A DNA stretch of 64,000 bases. Source: Azolla caroliniana. Its lineage: Eukaryota; Plantae; Polypodiophyta. Under the pieces are notes generated by a model. That model searched no databases and was not told the origin of the DNA. It was given only the letters and a program-made list of their open reading frames with translations. Both the position numbers and the translations under genes were made by a program. The stretch is taken from positions 4,526,001-4,590,000 of the forward strand of contig JBHGNT010000017.1 in NCBI GenBank assembly GCA_043228905.1, given 5' to 3'. Each line of letters opens with the position of its first letter. The first letter of the stretch is position 1. Positions 10,797-24,523 of this stretch are shown one piece after another.

Positions 10797-13700
10797 ATGG
10801 CAAACAGCAAGCTTGCTACCCTCTTCATTCTTCTGATAGTCAGCATCGCCGCAGTTGACAAGTTTCAGGTTACCCCCCCCCCCCCGCCTCCCCCCTCTCT
10901 TTCTTCTTTCTAGACTATATATATCGATCGAATCTCTGAATCAAATAGTCTTCTGTCTTACTCATTCACGGATTGTTGTATAATTAGGCAGAGAAAAACT
11001 GTGGCTTGATTTCGGAAGAGCATTACATTATTCAAAGTAAAAGAATCATTACTCCGAAGGGTCTCATTAGTGGTGCAGGTAAGTAGGATCATCTTTTTCG
11101 TTTCTACCGTATACAATTTATTGGCTTACGAATTGAAGAGATATGGTCAGATTTTTGAAGGAAGACATTGTTTTGGCACGATGCCATCCATTTCAAGAGG
11201 AATTCTTGCTCCTTAGTTTGGAATCTAGATCCAATGCTTGTATGTTGAATAATATAAAACTACAATTACTGAAGCTGCAGCAGTGTAATTTGAAATGGTG
11301 CACCTTGGAGAGACAAATTTTTATAGGAAAACTGTGTAGATAATATAGATCCAATAGTCTTACTTTGGTATAATTCCAGAAGAAAAGCTAGTGTAACTTC
11401 TGTTAAGATTAGACTTGAGCACTTGAAAATTGGTATTTGGACGAGAAGCTCCCTGAATCTATCTTTGGTTTCATGTCTGCGCTGCAGCCAAACTGAGGAA
11501 CGATAAGTCCACCTGAAAAGATCTAGCAGGATCCAACAGACTTTTGTTCAAATATTTGACTACTTGTTTGATTGTTGATACTAGTCATCAGCTTTGAAAA
11601 ACAATCTGTAAGACGTTGCAGCATAGTTCTCTTAGCTCAATGAAAATTTAGTGACCAGTACAGACAATTGGTTCCATGACGTAAATAAATATTAACATTG
11701 ATACCTACGAATATTCCACATGGAGTGCTTCTTTCCATACATGAAATGTTTACAAACCTATTTAAGGTATTTATTGTAGGGAATCTATAAGGTGGAGCAT
11801 TTGCTTCTAGCAATATTAACATCCAAAAGTGCTACCAAAATGTATGTGAGAAATGAATTGACATCGGGGCATATAATGTGTATATGGAAAGTATGATGTT
11901 GTCATTCCTCCATACAAAAGATATAAGAAAAATAAATTTCTAGAACGGGGTTGCATCGATGATGCCAATGCATCATGAAAGGTGCGTTGATAGGGGGGTA
12001 ATGGCAAATGAAAGATATGCAGTGGAGAAGCATGATAGAATGGGGTTGCACTGATGATGCCTATGCATCATAAAAGGTGCTGTGGTAGCGGGTAATGGCA
12101 AATGAAGGATATGCACAATTAATAATGTCAAGGAAACTTTGTAAATTGATGCATGCTAAACTACTCTTGTGTGCGATGCAGTGGAAGTACATGATGGTAA
12201 AATACTCTCAATTTTCTCTGATGATCTGACACAAGGGAGAGATCATGTGACTACCTTCAACTTTCAGAATGCTATAGTCATGCCAGGTCTCATCGATGTG
12301 TACGTTACTTTTTGCTTTTGATTTATTAATATGGAAAATATGTATGTGATATGCCAGGTGTTTTAATCTCTATGTTGGCATGAGCGTTAATTCTTGGAGT
12401 TGGAAGAGAGGATCATAAAGGCAAAGGACATCTTTGTTTTACCACCAATATTTTGGGCTTGTTTCAATGCATTATAAAAGCATACTTTTTGAGAAATACA
12501 TGCACATGAATTTCTCAAAACAAATAGAAGAGAGCATTACCTTTTTTAATTTTTGGTGAGGAGCTAAGGTATTTAATCTGAACATGTATAAGGGATTAGA
12601 AGCTTGTGTGTGCTATATCTTGATTTATTCTTAAAAAAATGTAGACCACATGTTGATGATTAGGGGGTTATCACAGGGATACAATTTTCTGTACAGTCTC
12701 CATATCTCCTTAAGATGTATGCATCATGGAGATGTATAAAATGATATGCAATTTGAGGAGCAACGGGAAGTCAAAAAAATTAATAAATTGTTTGTTCCCG
12801 GACAGATTGTATCATAAAGAATAGTACTTGGTGATCAAAGAGTGCAAAGTGGATGGGCCCATTCACCAGGTAGTACTTGGTGATCAAAGAGTGCAAAGTG
12901 GAAGGGCCCATTCAGCTCAGTTTCTATAACTTTACTTAGAGGCCTTTCAATTGGAACCCACGATGAATTAAGTAAGCACTTACTAAAGTTATTGCTGGAG
13001 AATAGTTTGATGTTGAGAATCAAACTACGCTAAAGAAGTTTTTCTGCGCAGAATCAATGCAATGGAGGTTGTTATTGGTTAATTTTAGTAGGCTACATCA
13101 TTTATCTGGTTAAGAATACAGTAAAAGCTTCTTTAATGCGTTATGTACCCTTCAATTTTCAACTAGCCTAAACCAGTAGGCAACGTCATTTATCTTTTAT
13201 GAAATTTGGGAAGGCCCACAATTAACACATTTTAATATTTGGAAACAAATGTTACTGCCTTCCATTCTCTTTAACCTCACACTTATTGAGGTACAGGAGC
13301 ACCTAATCACAAGTGCAAATGGATTTCATGACAATGGTGACCAAATGCATTCTTTTATTTAGTTTTAAGCATTTTCAAGGGGCAAACTTAACCTTCTTAC
13401 AAGCTTCAGCGACGTCTTGTACATATTTGTCAACCTCAAATCTTTCTATCATATGCATAATGTGCGGAACTTTCCTCTGCTATCTAAGATGGTGCCTTCC
13501 TTGTTCACGTGAAGTATTTTCTGGAAACTCCACTTCCATTGGCGAAGGTCAACAACAGATAGCCAGCTGGAGGTGTCTAAGACGCATTAATTAGACTTTA
13601 GTAAGATTGGAATACCTAGTTACTTACGATCTATAGTTATAAGAGCTTTGCATACAGACTTAAACTATCACAAGATTAAATATAGTTGACACAGACCGAT

Positions 13701-16700
13701 CAGATGACAATTGTTTTGAATTATAGAGAGTAATTACAATGGCGTGACAATGCTTAGAGGTGACCGTGTCCAATAAGGAGGACAACTGTATTGATGACGG
13801 ATGCCTGAGGAGCTAGGCTTTAATGATACTCAGAGAGCTAATACTCTGCTAATCTGCTAACTATTCTATAGAGAAGTTGGTTATGGAAGACAGTACTGTC
13901 CGCACTATTCACGTGTACAGTGTTAAAGTTATGTCAACCACATAGTAACTACTCACAGAACATTATTTACATGTCCTCGGAACAGGGGATACCTTAATGC
14001 TATAAATGACATTATAGTGTGATCCTCAGCCACTGTATAATATTGTAGGTGGCTGATCATCCATTTACATTAAGTATTTATGGCTACAAGTAACACAACC
14101 CATCCTTCAGATTAATGATTAAGTAAGGGTGTTCAAGAGTATAGTGTGTAGAGAGTTCACCAAAATGAAGTAATTGCTTTGTTGGAAACACTTAAGGACG
14201 TTTGACAAGTGTCTTCGCCCATCTTGCTAACATTAAAATAGATATCTACCCTTACCCTTAACAACGAACCAGTGAGAAGATAACCTCTTGGAAGGTTCTT
14301 CACGTTGTATTAACTAAGTAAGAGAGTTAGAGAGGATAGTAAGTACAGAGTTTGTGAAAGTGAACTAATCGCTTCGTTGGAAATGCTCAAAGAAGTTTGA
14401 CAAATGCTTTTGCCCATCTCGCCAACATTAAGATAATAGATATTTATCTTAACCCTTAGCAACAAACCATTGAGAAGGTAACATGCTGGAATAGTTAATT
14501 AAGAGAATGCTTGACATATGTAAGAGAATACCCATTAAACTAAGGCTAAATAGTCTTCCTAAGCTGCATTATGCTCTGAAACATAACATTTGGGTAAACC
14601 TAAAATAGAAGATTTTGCTTATTTTGACTACTACCCATCCGTTTGTGAATGAAAACTTTTAAGGTAGTATTTATTATATTCTTGCAGAAATACACGAGGA
14701 TTGATTGGACAGCAGATGCTTGACAAGGAGAAGGTGAGCCAAGAAAAGAACACATGGATATATCATGTAATTTTCCGAAGTGTGATTACAACATGGGTTT
14801 ATTTCAAAGAGAGCTATGTCTCATGTGCTCACAAGTGAGCAGACGCAAACAATTCAGAGGATGTGCTTAATGAACCTAACCTTAAAATGCCATTGAAGGT
14901 TCTTTCTAATACAACAGCTGATTAGCCTAATCCGATACCCTATGTACCATATTGAATTGCTCCCCGAGTCGGCTTCGACCGAATTTAGAATCGGTCAATT
15001 TTTCAGCTTTGGCCTACCAGCCTCCTTCCTAGTGTTCATTTGTGTGGGGTTGTTGATGCTTGCGCACACCAAAGCAGTTTACCCATACCAACCTTGCAAT
15101 CTGAGCAAATGCAAAATCCGCCACATCTTTTACAAAGAGAACTCCCACATTATCTGACTCTCTTCGCCTGGCTGATATTCTCCCACTTGAACGATTTGCA
15201 ATAGCTTCTTAACCTGTTCATATCCCAGGGCCTTTGTCAAGACATCTGCACAATTGTCCTCTATTGGAGTCTGGGTAAGTTGTCTACAGGCCAAGTTTCT
15301 TGCTTATTTTGCAAGAACAAGAATCACAAGTGCCGATGCCAGAATTTAGCATTCACTACACTCTTGCGCTCTTCCATAACTAATGGAGTTCGAGTAGGTT
15401 GGCTCTCTGCTTTGTGAATCCTGCTGCGAATGTGTAATCTGTATTTGGCTGTTGATGCAGCCCAATCCAGATCTTTTCTCTTTGAGCAACGTGGAGAATT
15501 CTTCAAAGAAAAATGGAGATGTTCTTGTCAAAGTGTTTATTATTGTGACTGAATCATCATATTTTTTAGGTAAGGCAGGAACACGTTTCTGTGCGATCTC
15601 ATTGTCCATCTACATCACCCCAATTGCTGCCAGCTAGTCCCGAGTGCCTTTTTTTCTTGGAATAAATTCATTTGCGTTTTTTCATTCTCCATCCGCTCAG
15701 AGCATTTGGATGTTAGTCTCATAGTGATCATGAAGAATATTTTAGCATCTGCTGCATTTGTAGTATGCTGAATCAGTTGTTCCTGTGACGATTGCATACA
15801 GAGCACCAGAATTGCACCTTTTATATGCATACAATTCCACATCAGATGGTAGATCATAAATGCGTTGGGTCCTTCAGATCTATGTTTCCCACTGGTTCGA
15901 CATCTAGTCTTAGCGTGATGTCCAGGAGTACATAGGGGTTCAACATGGTTATCTTGAATTTCTACAATGTGTGGTTCAAACCATGTAGCTTTCCCTCAAT
16001 TATTGCTGGCCTTTTGTAGCCTCACGCTCATAGGAGTCCCACCAAGTCTGCCACTTGTTGACATCATTCACGTCATTGACTGAGCACCCATGAACTTGTT
16101 TAATTACCACTGCTTCTGCAACCATCTCCTCCTCTGAGGCTTCGTCAGCCTTTAAACTCTGATACTATGTTATATTATTGCGAATATTTTGGAGGATTTT
16201 ACTGGTAGATACTTGACAAAAAGACAATGAGCCAAAGAAACTAGAGAGCGATATTCAGCAAACCTCTTAAGCGTGAACCATGGGTTAGTTGCAAAGAGAG
16301 CCATGTCTCATGTGACCAAAGTGAGCAAATACCTACACGACTCAGAGCATGTGTTTAATGGCCTTAGAATGCTTTCTAAAGTTCTTTCTTATTAATTTGG
16401 CACCTCTTCCTACCGTACACAGATGTGGGGTTGTTGGTTCTTGTTCCCACTCAACGGTACCCATTTTCTCAAACCAAGCCCTCCAAAATATGCTTGGCAT
16501 CCTTGGATCGAGGTCCCTGGTTATAGGCAAAGGCATGTAGTGGTACTTAAAAGATAGAGACTTCAACCAAGTGTTGGATCTGCTTACTGAATCCACATAT
16601 GGTAGTCCATATCTCATCATTTCCTGTTTGTGATCTGAAAATTTCCTTCGTCTCCTTTTAGATTATTTATTGCGTTCAAGAGCTGCCTTACACATGGTCG

Positions 16701-19700
16701 AATCTTTCTTATCCTTCATCTATGGTTGAGATAGACTCACCGACTTTGTAGAAACATCACCAGAAATATGTGATGCTCATTGAGTTTTATGATTAAATGG
16801 GGAAAGTTCGTCATAATATTTTCTCTCCAATCAACCATTGTCTGCGTTTTTCTTATTGATGTGTACTTGCAGCCACAACTAACGAGGCCAATGTTGGAGG
16901 GAAAACGAGTAAATTGTGACAATGGAATCTTGAAAACAGCTTAAGAATATCTACATTGAAAGATCTACTTAAGGTTTTGCACGCTTTATGATCTAATTTT
17001 ATATCCAGGAAGTAGATTGCTCTTCAACTAAGATTTGGGCACCCTAACTGGCGTGAGGTATACTAGCAAAGAGAGTAAATCAGCTTAAGTCTTGCAGATT
17101 TGTGCTTTGTTACATGACTCCTTTCTCCCTAGAACTGAATTTCCAATTTTCATCAAAAGAGAGGTTTGTCTGAATAAGGAAAGTCTTTCTGATGCTGCTA
17201 AGTGTCACCTCTTTCTGATCCACTTATAACTTTTTGATCGAGTCCATATAGGGCCTCAGTTAAAGTGATTTTGTAAGGTACAGCTTTATAATAAAATGCG
17301 CACACCTCCGCACAATGAAAACCCACTGTTTTAACTTAACTAACCACAGGCTGATCTGGACTGCACGCAATGGCTCCTTTAGTCTACGATAATTGGCCAT
17401 TCAGATTGGCCATTCAAGAGTTACGAGGAGCAAGTAAAAATAAAATAACATAAAATAGTTATTAAATAATGTCATAAAAAAGAACAAAAATAACACATTG
17501 GGTTGGCAATATGCACAAACAGTAATATGCAGCACACTCGTGATGCTTCTTATGCGTAAGTGAGTACAAATAATAACCTTCGGTTGACTAATAGCATTTG
17601 TAAGGATGATGCAAATTTTGTGATTTGAGAGGAAAAACTATAAGACTTCCATATGTAAATCCATACATGCATTGTTAGGAGAAATGTGAGACGAATTAGA
17701 AAGGTTAGGTGAGAGCAGTGGGAAAAAACATTTAAATGATTATTTTCTGGAAATCTTCCTTGATGTTCTGATGAGATGAAAGCGAATTATGGTAAGGTTC
17801 CTTTGATAATGTGAATCCCCTCATTTTGTTATTGTTAGCTTCTTAGATTATGTCATTCCTTTGCAGGCACGTCCACTTGAATGAACCTGGTCGAGCTGAT
17901 TGGGAAGGTTTTGAGACTGGTACGAGGGCAGCTGCTGCAGGTGAGACTGATAAAAAATATTAAATATTTGTTCAGTTTACCGTCTTTGTCTTTGATGGGA
18001 AATTGTGGAATTGCCCACAAAAAGTTGTTTTTTTGTTTGTTGCTCCTTCCTACCAAGACATTTCCATAAATGGAGAGTTACATACAAGGGTTTGAAATTA
18101 GAAATAGGTAGATCTCTCATAACCCTAAAGTGGGGAAGTTTTTTGTGATTCAAAATTACTTCTAATAAATGAAAAATAAACCAAAAGAATTGCTAATGGT
18201 GCTGAGTTCAGCTCGTCTGAGGAGCATTTAGTGCCATTCTAATAGTTGTGCATGATGTAAACAAACGTCATCGATTAAGACTTACATATGGGACTGATCA
18301 CATGTGTTTTGATCCTTTCAACTGGTGGTTCATCTTGCTTCCTTATGGATTTCTCGTGGAGAGTATAAGCCTTAGGCACTCCAGGATCTGTTCTACAAAT
18401 ACTTACTGAGGAGAACAAGAAATGACTATTTTTTGAAAAGTGTTCGATTGAGATATTATGCAGTATCTATATTTATTATATGCATATCTATCAGGTGGCT
18501 TAACAACTGTTATTGACATGCCACTGAACAGCATGCCAACAACCATTAGCAAGGAGAAACTTGAGAAGAAGGTATGGAAATAGTAACTCCTGAAATCGCC
18601 CACAAGTAGATGTGCTTCTTAACATTATTGCTTTGCATGTTAATTTCTTTTTCTTTTTCTTATGTGTCAGCTACAAGCAGCCAACGATAAGCTTTCCGTT
18701 GATGTTGGTATTATCTGTTTCACCTTATTTAGTTCATATATTTGCTTCAGGCATGATAGCCTGTTTACATAGATAATGGGAAGGGAAAATTGCTATATAG
18801 AAATGCATTCTCAATGTGATTGAATTCCATTGTGCATGATTTTCCCACATCTGAATAAAGTTTTCTTTATTTATTCTCGATAAACTATGAAGGTTTTTGG
18901 GGAGGATTGACTCCTGAAAATGCTTTCAATTCAACTGCTCTTGATGAACTTCTTGATGCTGGTGCTCTTGGGCTGAAGGTAGAGTCATTCGTTTCCGTAT
19001 TTTTCATACGTTACTATCATCTTGATATGGAAGCAGAAATTGTCCTTACAAAAAGTTTTATTTTCTTGGTATTTAAAGTCTTTTATGTGTCCATCTGGGA
19101 TTAATGATTTTCCAATGACGGACAAAAGTCATCTAAAGGTACTAATAAATTTCAACTATAACTAATTATGTTTACATTTGGAATCCCAATTCAAAAATGT
19201 TTTTCTCACCTACAGGCTGCTCTTCCGGTTCTAGCAAAATACAAGCGCCCATTACTAGTGCATGCTGAAGTCCCTCAACCATTTGAAATTGTAGATTTGA
19301 ATTTGGAAGAAAGGAGGAAGTATTCAACATATCTTAAGACAAGGCCTTCATCTTGGTACTATCTTTTTGGTCACACATAATTATAGCTACTCTTGGGCTT
19401 ATTCTGCAGATTGTTTTTATTAATTAAAGTAACAAAGAAAACTTTGTGAGATGGATTAAACCCAATAATATTTAGTAATATGTAGCTCTTAATCACAAGT
19501 CGTGAGAATCTATAGCAATCTCAAATCACAAATCATGAGAATCGCAAATTTTTAAACAGTATGAGATTTGTGGGAGAAATGTCTACCTAATATGAAAATT
19601 TCCCAACGTATCTTGATTGCTGAATGATAATCAATCTAATCGGCTTGCTTTGGTTTGTTGGAGTGAAACCAGTATCTGCAATAAAAATAATTATTACTGA

Positions 19701-21968
19701 TGCTATGAATAAGTAATTGAAATGTACATTCTGAATCTAGATCAGATGATTCTTACATGACAGAGTGACACCATGAAAGTCATCATATCTGCATTATCTA
19801 AGACAGAAGTGTTTGGATCAATTAAAACCAGTTAATAGCTTTTGTTGTAGTGTAGTAGAGGTTGCCATTAGATGGGTATAAGTAGCATTTAACATGAAAT
19901 AATATGAGGTATATCACTTGTGTCAGGGAGAAAGAAGCTGTTGCCCAGCTAATTGATATAGCGGAAGATACTGCTTCTGGGGGATCCATTGAAGGTGCCC
20001 ACATTCATATCGTACATTTATCCGATTCAGAGGATTCCTTGGAGTTGATAAAGGTTATCTCTAATTGCAAAACAATTTTGTATAACTATCGGCATACCTT
20101 AAGGGTTCTCTGAGAATAGCAAAGAAAATATTGAAGCTCTTCCCACTGGATTTACGTGCAAAAAAATTAACACTATTATTTAACCAAGTCTCTGTGTTGC
20201 TTTCATCCTCAAAATATATCAATAGAACTTACGAAAAATCAAGTATTTGTTTCTTGAGTATCTTATGGTGGAAGTGGATAAAATTTCTAGAGATTTGGCT
20301 TCAGCATTTACTAACATCTCATGAAGAGCATGACAAAAGTTATTTTATAGAGATGCATTGTATCAATGGAAATTTATTTCATAAAGATGCTCTCTGCCTT
20401 TCGGGCGCCCAAACTCATTTCATTTATTTATTTTCTTTGTAGGAAGCAAAGCTGAAGAGCTTAAGTGTAACTGTTGAAACATGTCCACATTATCTGGCTT
20501 TCTCAGCAGAGAATATACCAAATGGTGACACTCGATTCAAATGTGCTCCGCCTATTCGAACTGATAAAAATAGAAGAAACCTTTGGAATGCCTTAAAAGT
20601 GAGACTCCTGAGACTTTATTGTTGCATATACTGGTGGTGTTAAATGAGTTCGAACTCCAGTTCTCAGAAAGTAGATCTACCAAATATATTTTTATAAACT
20701 CAATCCCTATACTAGTAGTTTACATTTCATTTCATTACCGACTTCGCGCGGGATTACTTATTAACTATAAATCTAAATAAGATCGGACTCTCATCATGTG
20801 TTGGACACATAGATGATTAATTTGTAATTGTTTCCAATGCAATCGTTTCAGGGAGGACATATAGACTTACTAAGTTCGGACCATTCTCCTGCTCCACCAG
20901 AATTGAAATTACTTGAGGAGGGTGATTTTATCAAAGCCTGGGGTGGTATTTCTTCTCTTCAAGTAAGTTGAGGATAGTTTTTGCATAAACAGTATTTTGC
21001 ATGATATAGGATTTTTTATTCACATTCCATCATTATAATTCCCAGTTATATTTTAATACAATTTCAATGTTTAAATAATTCCTTTTTTCTGAGTTTTTTT
21101 CCTACAACTGCTACGACTCTTCCTACTGCTGTATTAATTCTTTATTCTTTGTCCTCTGTTGATCAGTACCATAGTTATGTGCTTTCAGTAACAATTCGCT
21201 TTTCACTGGTGTTGTATTATAGCAATAGTTCTAAGCAAAAGTTCAGTCTTTACATACTGCACTCTGAAGATGAAGCAGGTAGATTCTCTGCATGCATGCG
21301 ATATGAAGAATGATCTCTCTTTGGATACAATAGGACTGAATTGAATATCTTTCTGTTTCCTTATTTGTATTCTTTGGAAATTGACATACAGCTTGTCCTT
21401 CCCATAACTTGGACATATGGCAAAGAAAATGATGTTTCTGTAGAACTCATCTCAGAATGGTGGAGCTCTAGGCCAGCCAAATTAGCTGGCCTCCATGATA
21501 AGGTAAAGTCAAACTAATCTTTAAGTTGACATAATGTATGAAAACATGACTTTCTTGGAAAAGTTAAAATAAGTGGTAACTGATCTTCCTTCTATTCCAA
21601 TAATCTATTGGATGTTTATATCAGGGATCTATTGACATTGGGAAGGATGCTGATCTTGTTGTATGGAATCCAGAGACATCTTTTGACATTGATGAAGATT
21701 TTATTATCCATCACAAACACAAAGTAGGTTTTTCTTTGCCCTTTGTGTTGATAGTCCCATATGGTTGCATTGATTTATTATTATGATTTATAATGCCAAA
21801 GGACTTTTGCAGATAACACCTTATGCAGGAAGTAGGCTATATGGGAATGTTATAGCCACTTTTGTCAGAGGTCAAATGGTTTATCATGAAGGTCAGCATT
21901 CATCACAACCATGTGGACGAAAAATTATTCCTGAAGCTCATGTTCATTGGGGTGATGGGAATGTGTAA
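10797..21968 (+). CDS. ALN: Allantoinase (amidohydrolase, purine/ureide catabolism), 15 exons, hydrophobic N-terminal signal
   Basis: Exons: 10797-10868, 10988-11078, 12182-12299, 17867-17940, 18495-18571, 18671-18707, 18893-18978, 19079-19138, 19216-19355, 19927-20053, 20443-20598, 20852-20962, 21392-21502, 21625-21723, 21813-21968, all GT-AG. Motifs: '[17 protein letters not shown]', '[12 protein letters not shown]', '[14 protein letters not shown]', 'LLVHAE', 'HIVHLS', 'ETCPHYL', 'FKCAPPIR', 'SSDHSP', 'AWGGISSLQ', 'DADLVVW'. Confidence 0.95.
14672..16395 (-). mobile_element. Old internally deleted Copia element in ALN intron 3 (diverged LTRs ~14672-14911 and ~16167-16395)
   Basis: Two diverged direct repeats (shared 'caaagagagc.atgtctcatgtg'); degenerate PBS ctctgatacta next to the second repeat; RNase H end '[13 protein letters not shown]' on the minus strand near 15225-15265. 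Confidence 0.6.
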
Positions 21969-23666
21969 GTCCAACTAGTCAATCCCATAGGTAAAATAAA
22001 ATGACCTTTACATAATTATATAGCACGTCATATTACTTGTTTGTGTGGTCAACAAGGTATTCGGGTCATATGGTTTTAAGTTCAACAAATGAAATCAGAT
22101 GGGTTAATTAAACTTTCCTTTAAATAATTAATAAAGACATAAATCTGTGTTGCTCATTCTAAAACTTCACTTGATGTAATGTAATTGTTTAATTCCCATA
22201 TGCTTACACAAATTTCATGTCATGTGCACCAATCTAGTCAATGAGTGCTAACCATTGATTTCAACTAGATAATTTAATATTACAAGAGAGGCTCATGGAT
22301 GAATCATATCTAAGAGTAATAATTAAATCTAAATGGGTTAGTTTGATGAAAGTTGCAAATCCAAAGTCCCATGATTTTCATGTGGATATTTGAATCTACT
22401 TTGATTACATCTAGATTGCAGTTTTTAGATGCAATAATTATCTATTTTGTATGAAGAATCCTGGAAACGTATGTCCTAGCTGAATCTATGCACGTATTCA
22501 ATATGCACATCAGATTGTCCAATCTCTATGTATTATTTCGTACTAAAATTGTAAATCTAAAGTTTCATGGATTTTCTGTGAATATTGAAATGCTTCCCAT
22601 GTTTTGCTCACAAACATAGCATTTCAGTAAATATGATGGCCAGTATTTTATATTGTTGATCTTTATTTTTCAGTAACTATTCTAATGCTTACTATGTTTA
22701 CAAATAAAACCAAATACAGCAAACGGCTGTAATTTATGATAACAATGAAAGCTCTTGAATTATTTATTTTTCAATGTCCAATCTTGCGGGGGTAGGTAGT
22801 GTCACCTTCCATAAATATTTGTTTTATTCTTAATACCAAAAATGGTCTATATATATTGTTTCATCTTGCACATATTGCAAACAACGATGCCAACCTGCTG
22901 GACACAGGCAATGGCAACAATGATAAACAGATCAAGAAGGTCCCAATTAAAGTTCATATATGCTTCCCAAATATCAAATTCCAACGGATAAATTAGTCCT
23001 CAATGCCTTCCACTAATTATAAATGCTATCAGACTTCAGAAGGAACCAACTAAAGCTCATACAACTTCCAAAATCTTCAGAATAAATTAGCCCTGCCACG
23101 TAATGAAGCGACTCATAATGATAACCACGTAATGAAGGTACTACTAGAGCTAACAAGATTCAAAATGATAGTGCAGGAAAGGAACAAAAGCTAACATTCA
23201 AGCAGCTTGGTCACAGATTGTTTAATGCTGTAGGCAACAAGGCCAGCCTAATTGACACAGGCAATAACAGCAGACAATGATGATAGAGGCATCAAGAAGG
23301 TCCCAACTAAATACAGACATGCTCGAATAACCTTCTGCCACTGCAAAAAACTGTACATGCCTGGCCTGACTGTACAAGATGTGAAGGGGTAAAACATAAA
23401 ATGATCAATGATTTCTCCTAGCTTCTGGTTGGGACAGCCACACATACACACACAAGGGCCCATTCTTAAGTGAGACATCCCCCATGTGCATGGCTCATCT
23501 GAAACAATGATATTATAAAGGTTAATCTAGATCACAACATTTTATTGGTAACTCACTTATCAAGATTCTGACTGTTTGGCACATTATCTGTCCTAAATAA
23601 TAATACTTGACCTCAAATCATTAAAATTGTGGCATAAAAACTCAGACAAATTTTGCATCCAATCTA

Positions 23667-24461
23667 TCAGGGCGTGGTCTCGAAGTATGCTCCATAAAAG
23701 ACAGCAGTAGCTGCAATGCTTAGTAATAACAATGGTGCTGCTGGAACCAGCTTTTTCGTGGCAGCAAGACGTATACCTGTGCACAGAAAATAAACATGAA
23801 CCGTTAGTTATGAGGCTAAATCTTTTCAGACAGAAATTTCTTTGAGAATGAGTGAAGCAAAACGGACTAACCAAACACAGCAGCAAAAAGAAGTCCAGTA
23901 CCAAACCCAATGGCTTCACCAAGATTCTTTGTATCTGGAGAGCTAGCTAGAATATACACCTGCAACAAGATATATTTATCATTTATTTTTTACTCTAAAC
24001 ACAGACATGCATGTGTTTTTTATCTCATAGGCTGATTATGACCTCTAGTAGAGTCAAAAGGCACTCTTCTGTCTATTTGTAAAGAGTATCATGTAATAAT
24101 TGTTTTCCTTTTCCTTCCCTAATGCTATTTAGAATGCATGTAGACATGAGAATATTCTTTTCGGGAATGAGTGTTTATGTTATCAACAGCATTGCTGAAT
24201 ATGTTTCTGTCAAGTTCTTACCAGACCCATCATCGCACCTCCAGCGAGCCCTCCAAGCAATGAGCCTTTACTTGAGCTTCTTGAATCTACAATTGTGACA
24301 TCCGGAAAACAAAATCACCTCACTTCTACAACCATATTACTACATTTCTTTCTCTGTATACTCACAAAGACTTATTTACTTACATTGCTCACATTGCAAA
24401 GAGTGATTTTCCTCATCTACGACAACTTTTCTATTGCTATGTAAGGCTACACTTATTGTAT

Positions 24462-24523
<62 letters not shown>

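Noticed and set aside
13615-14232. Possible solo LTR in ALN intron 3
   Set aside because: Has a TATA and a ...CTAACA end, but no clear TG start or TSD, so it was not called as a feature.
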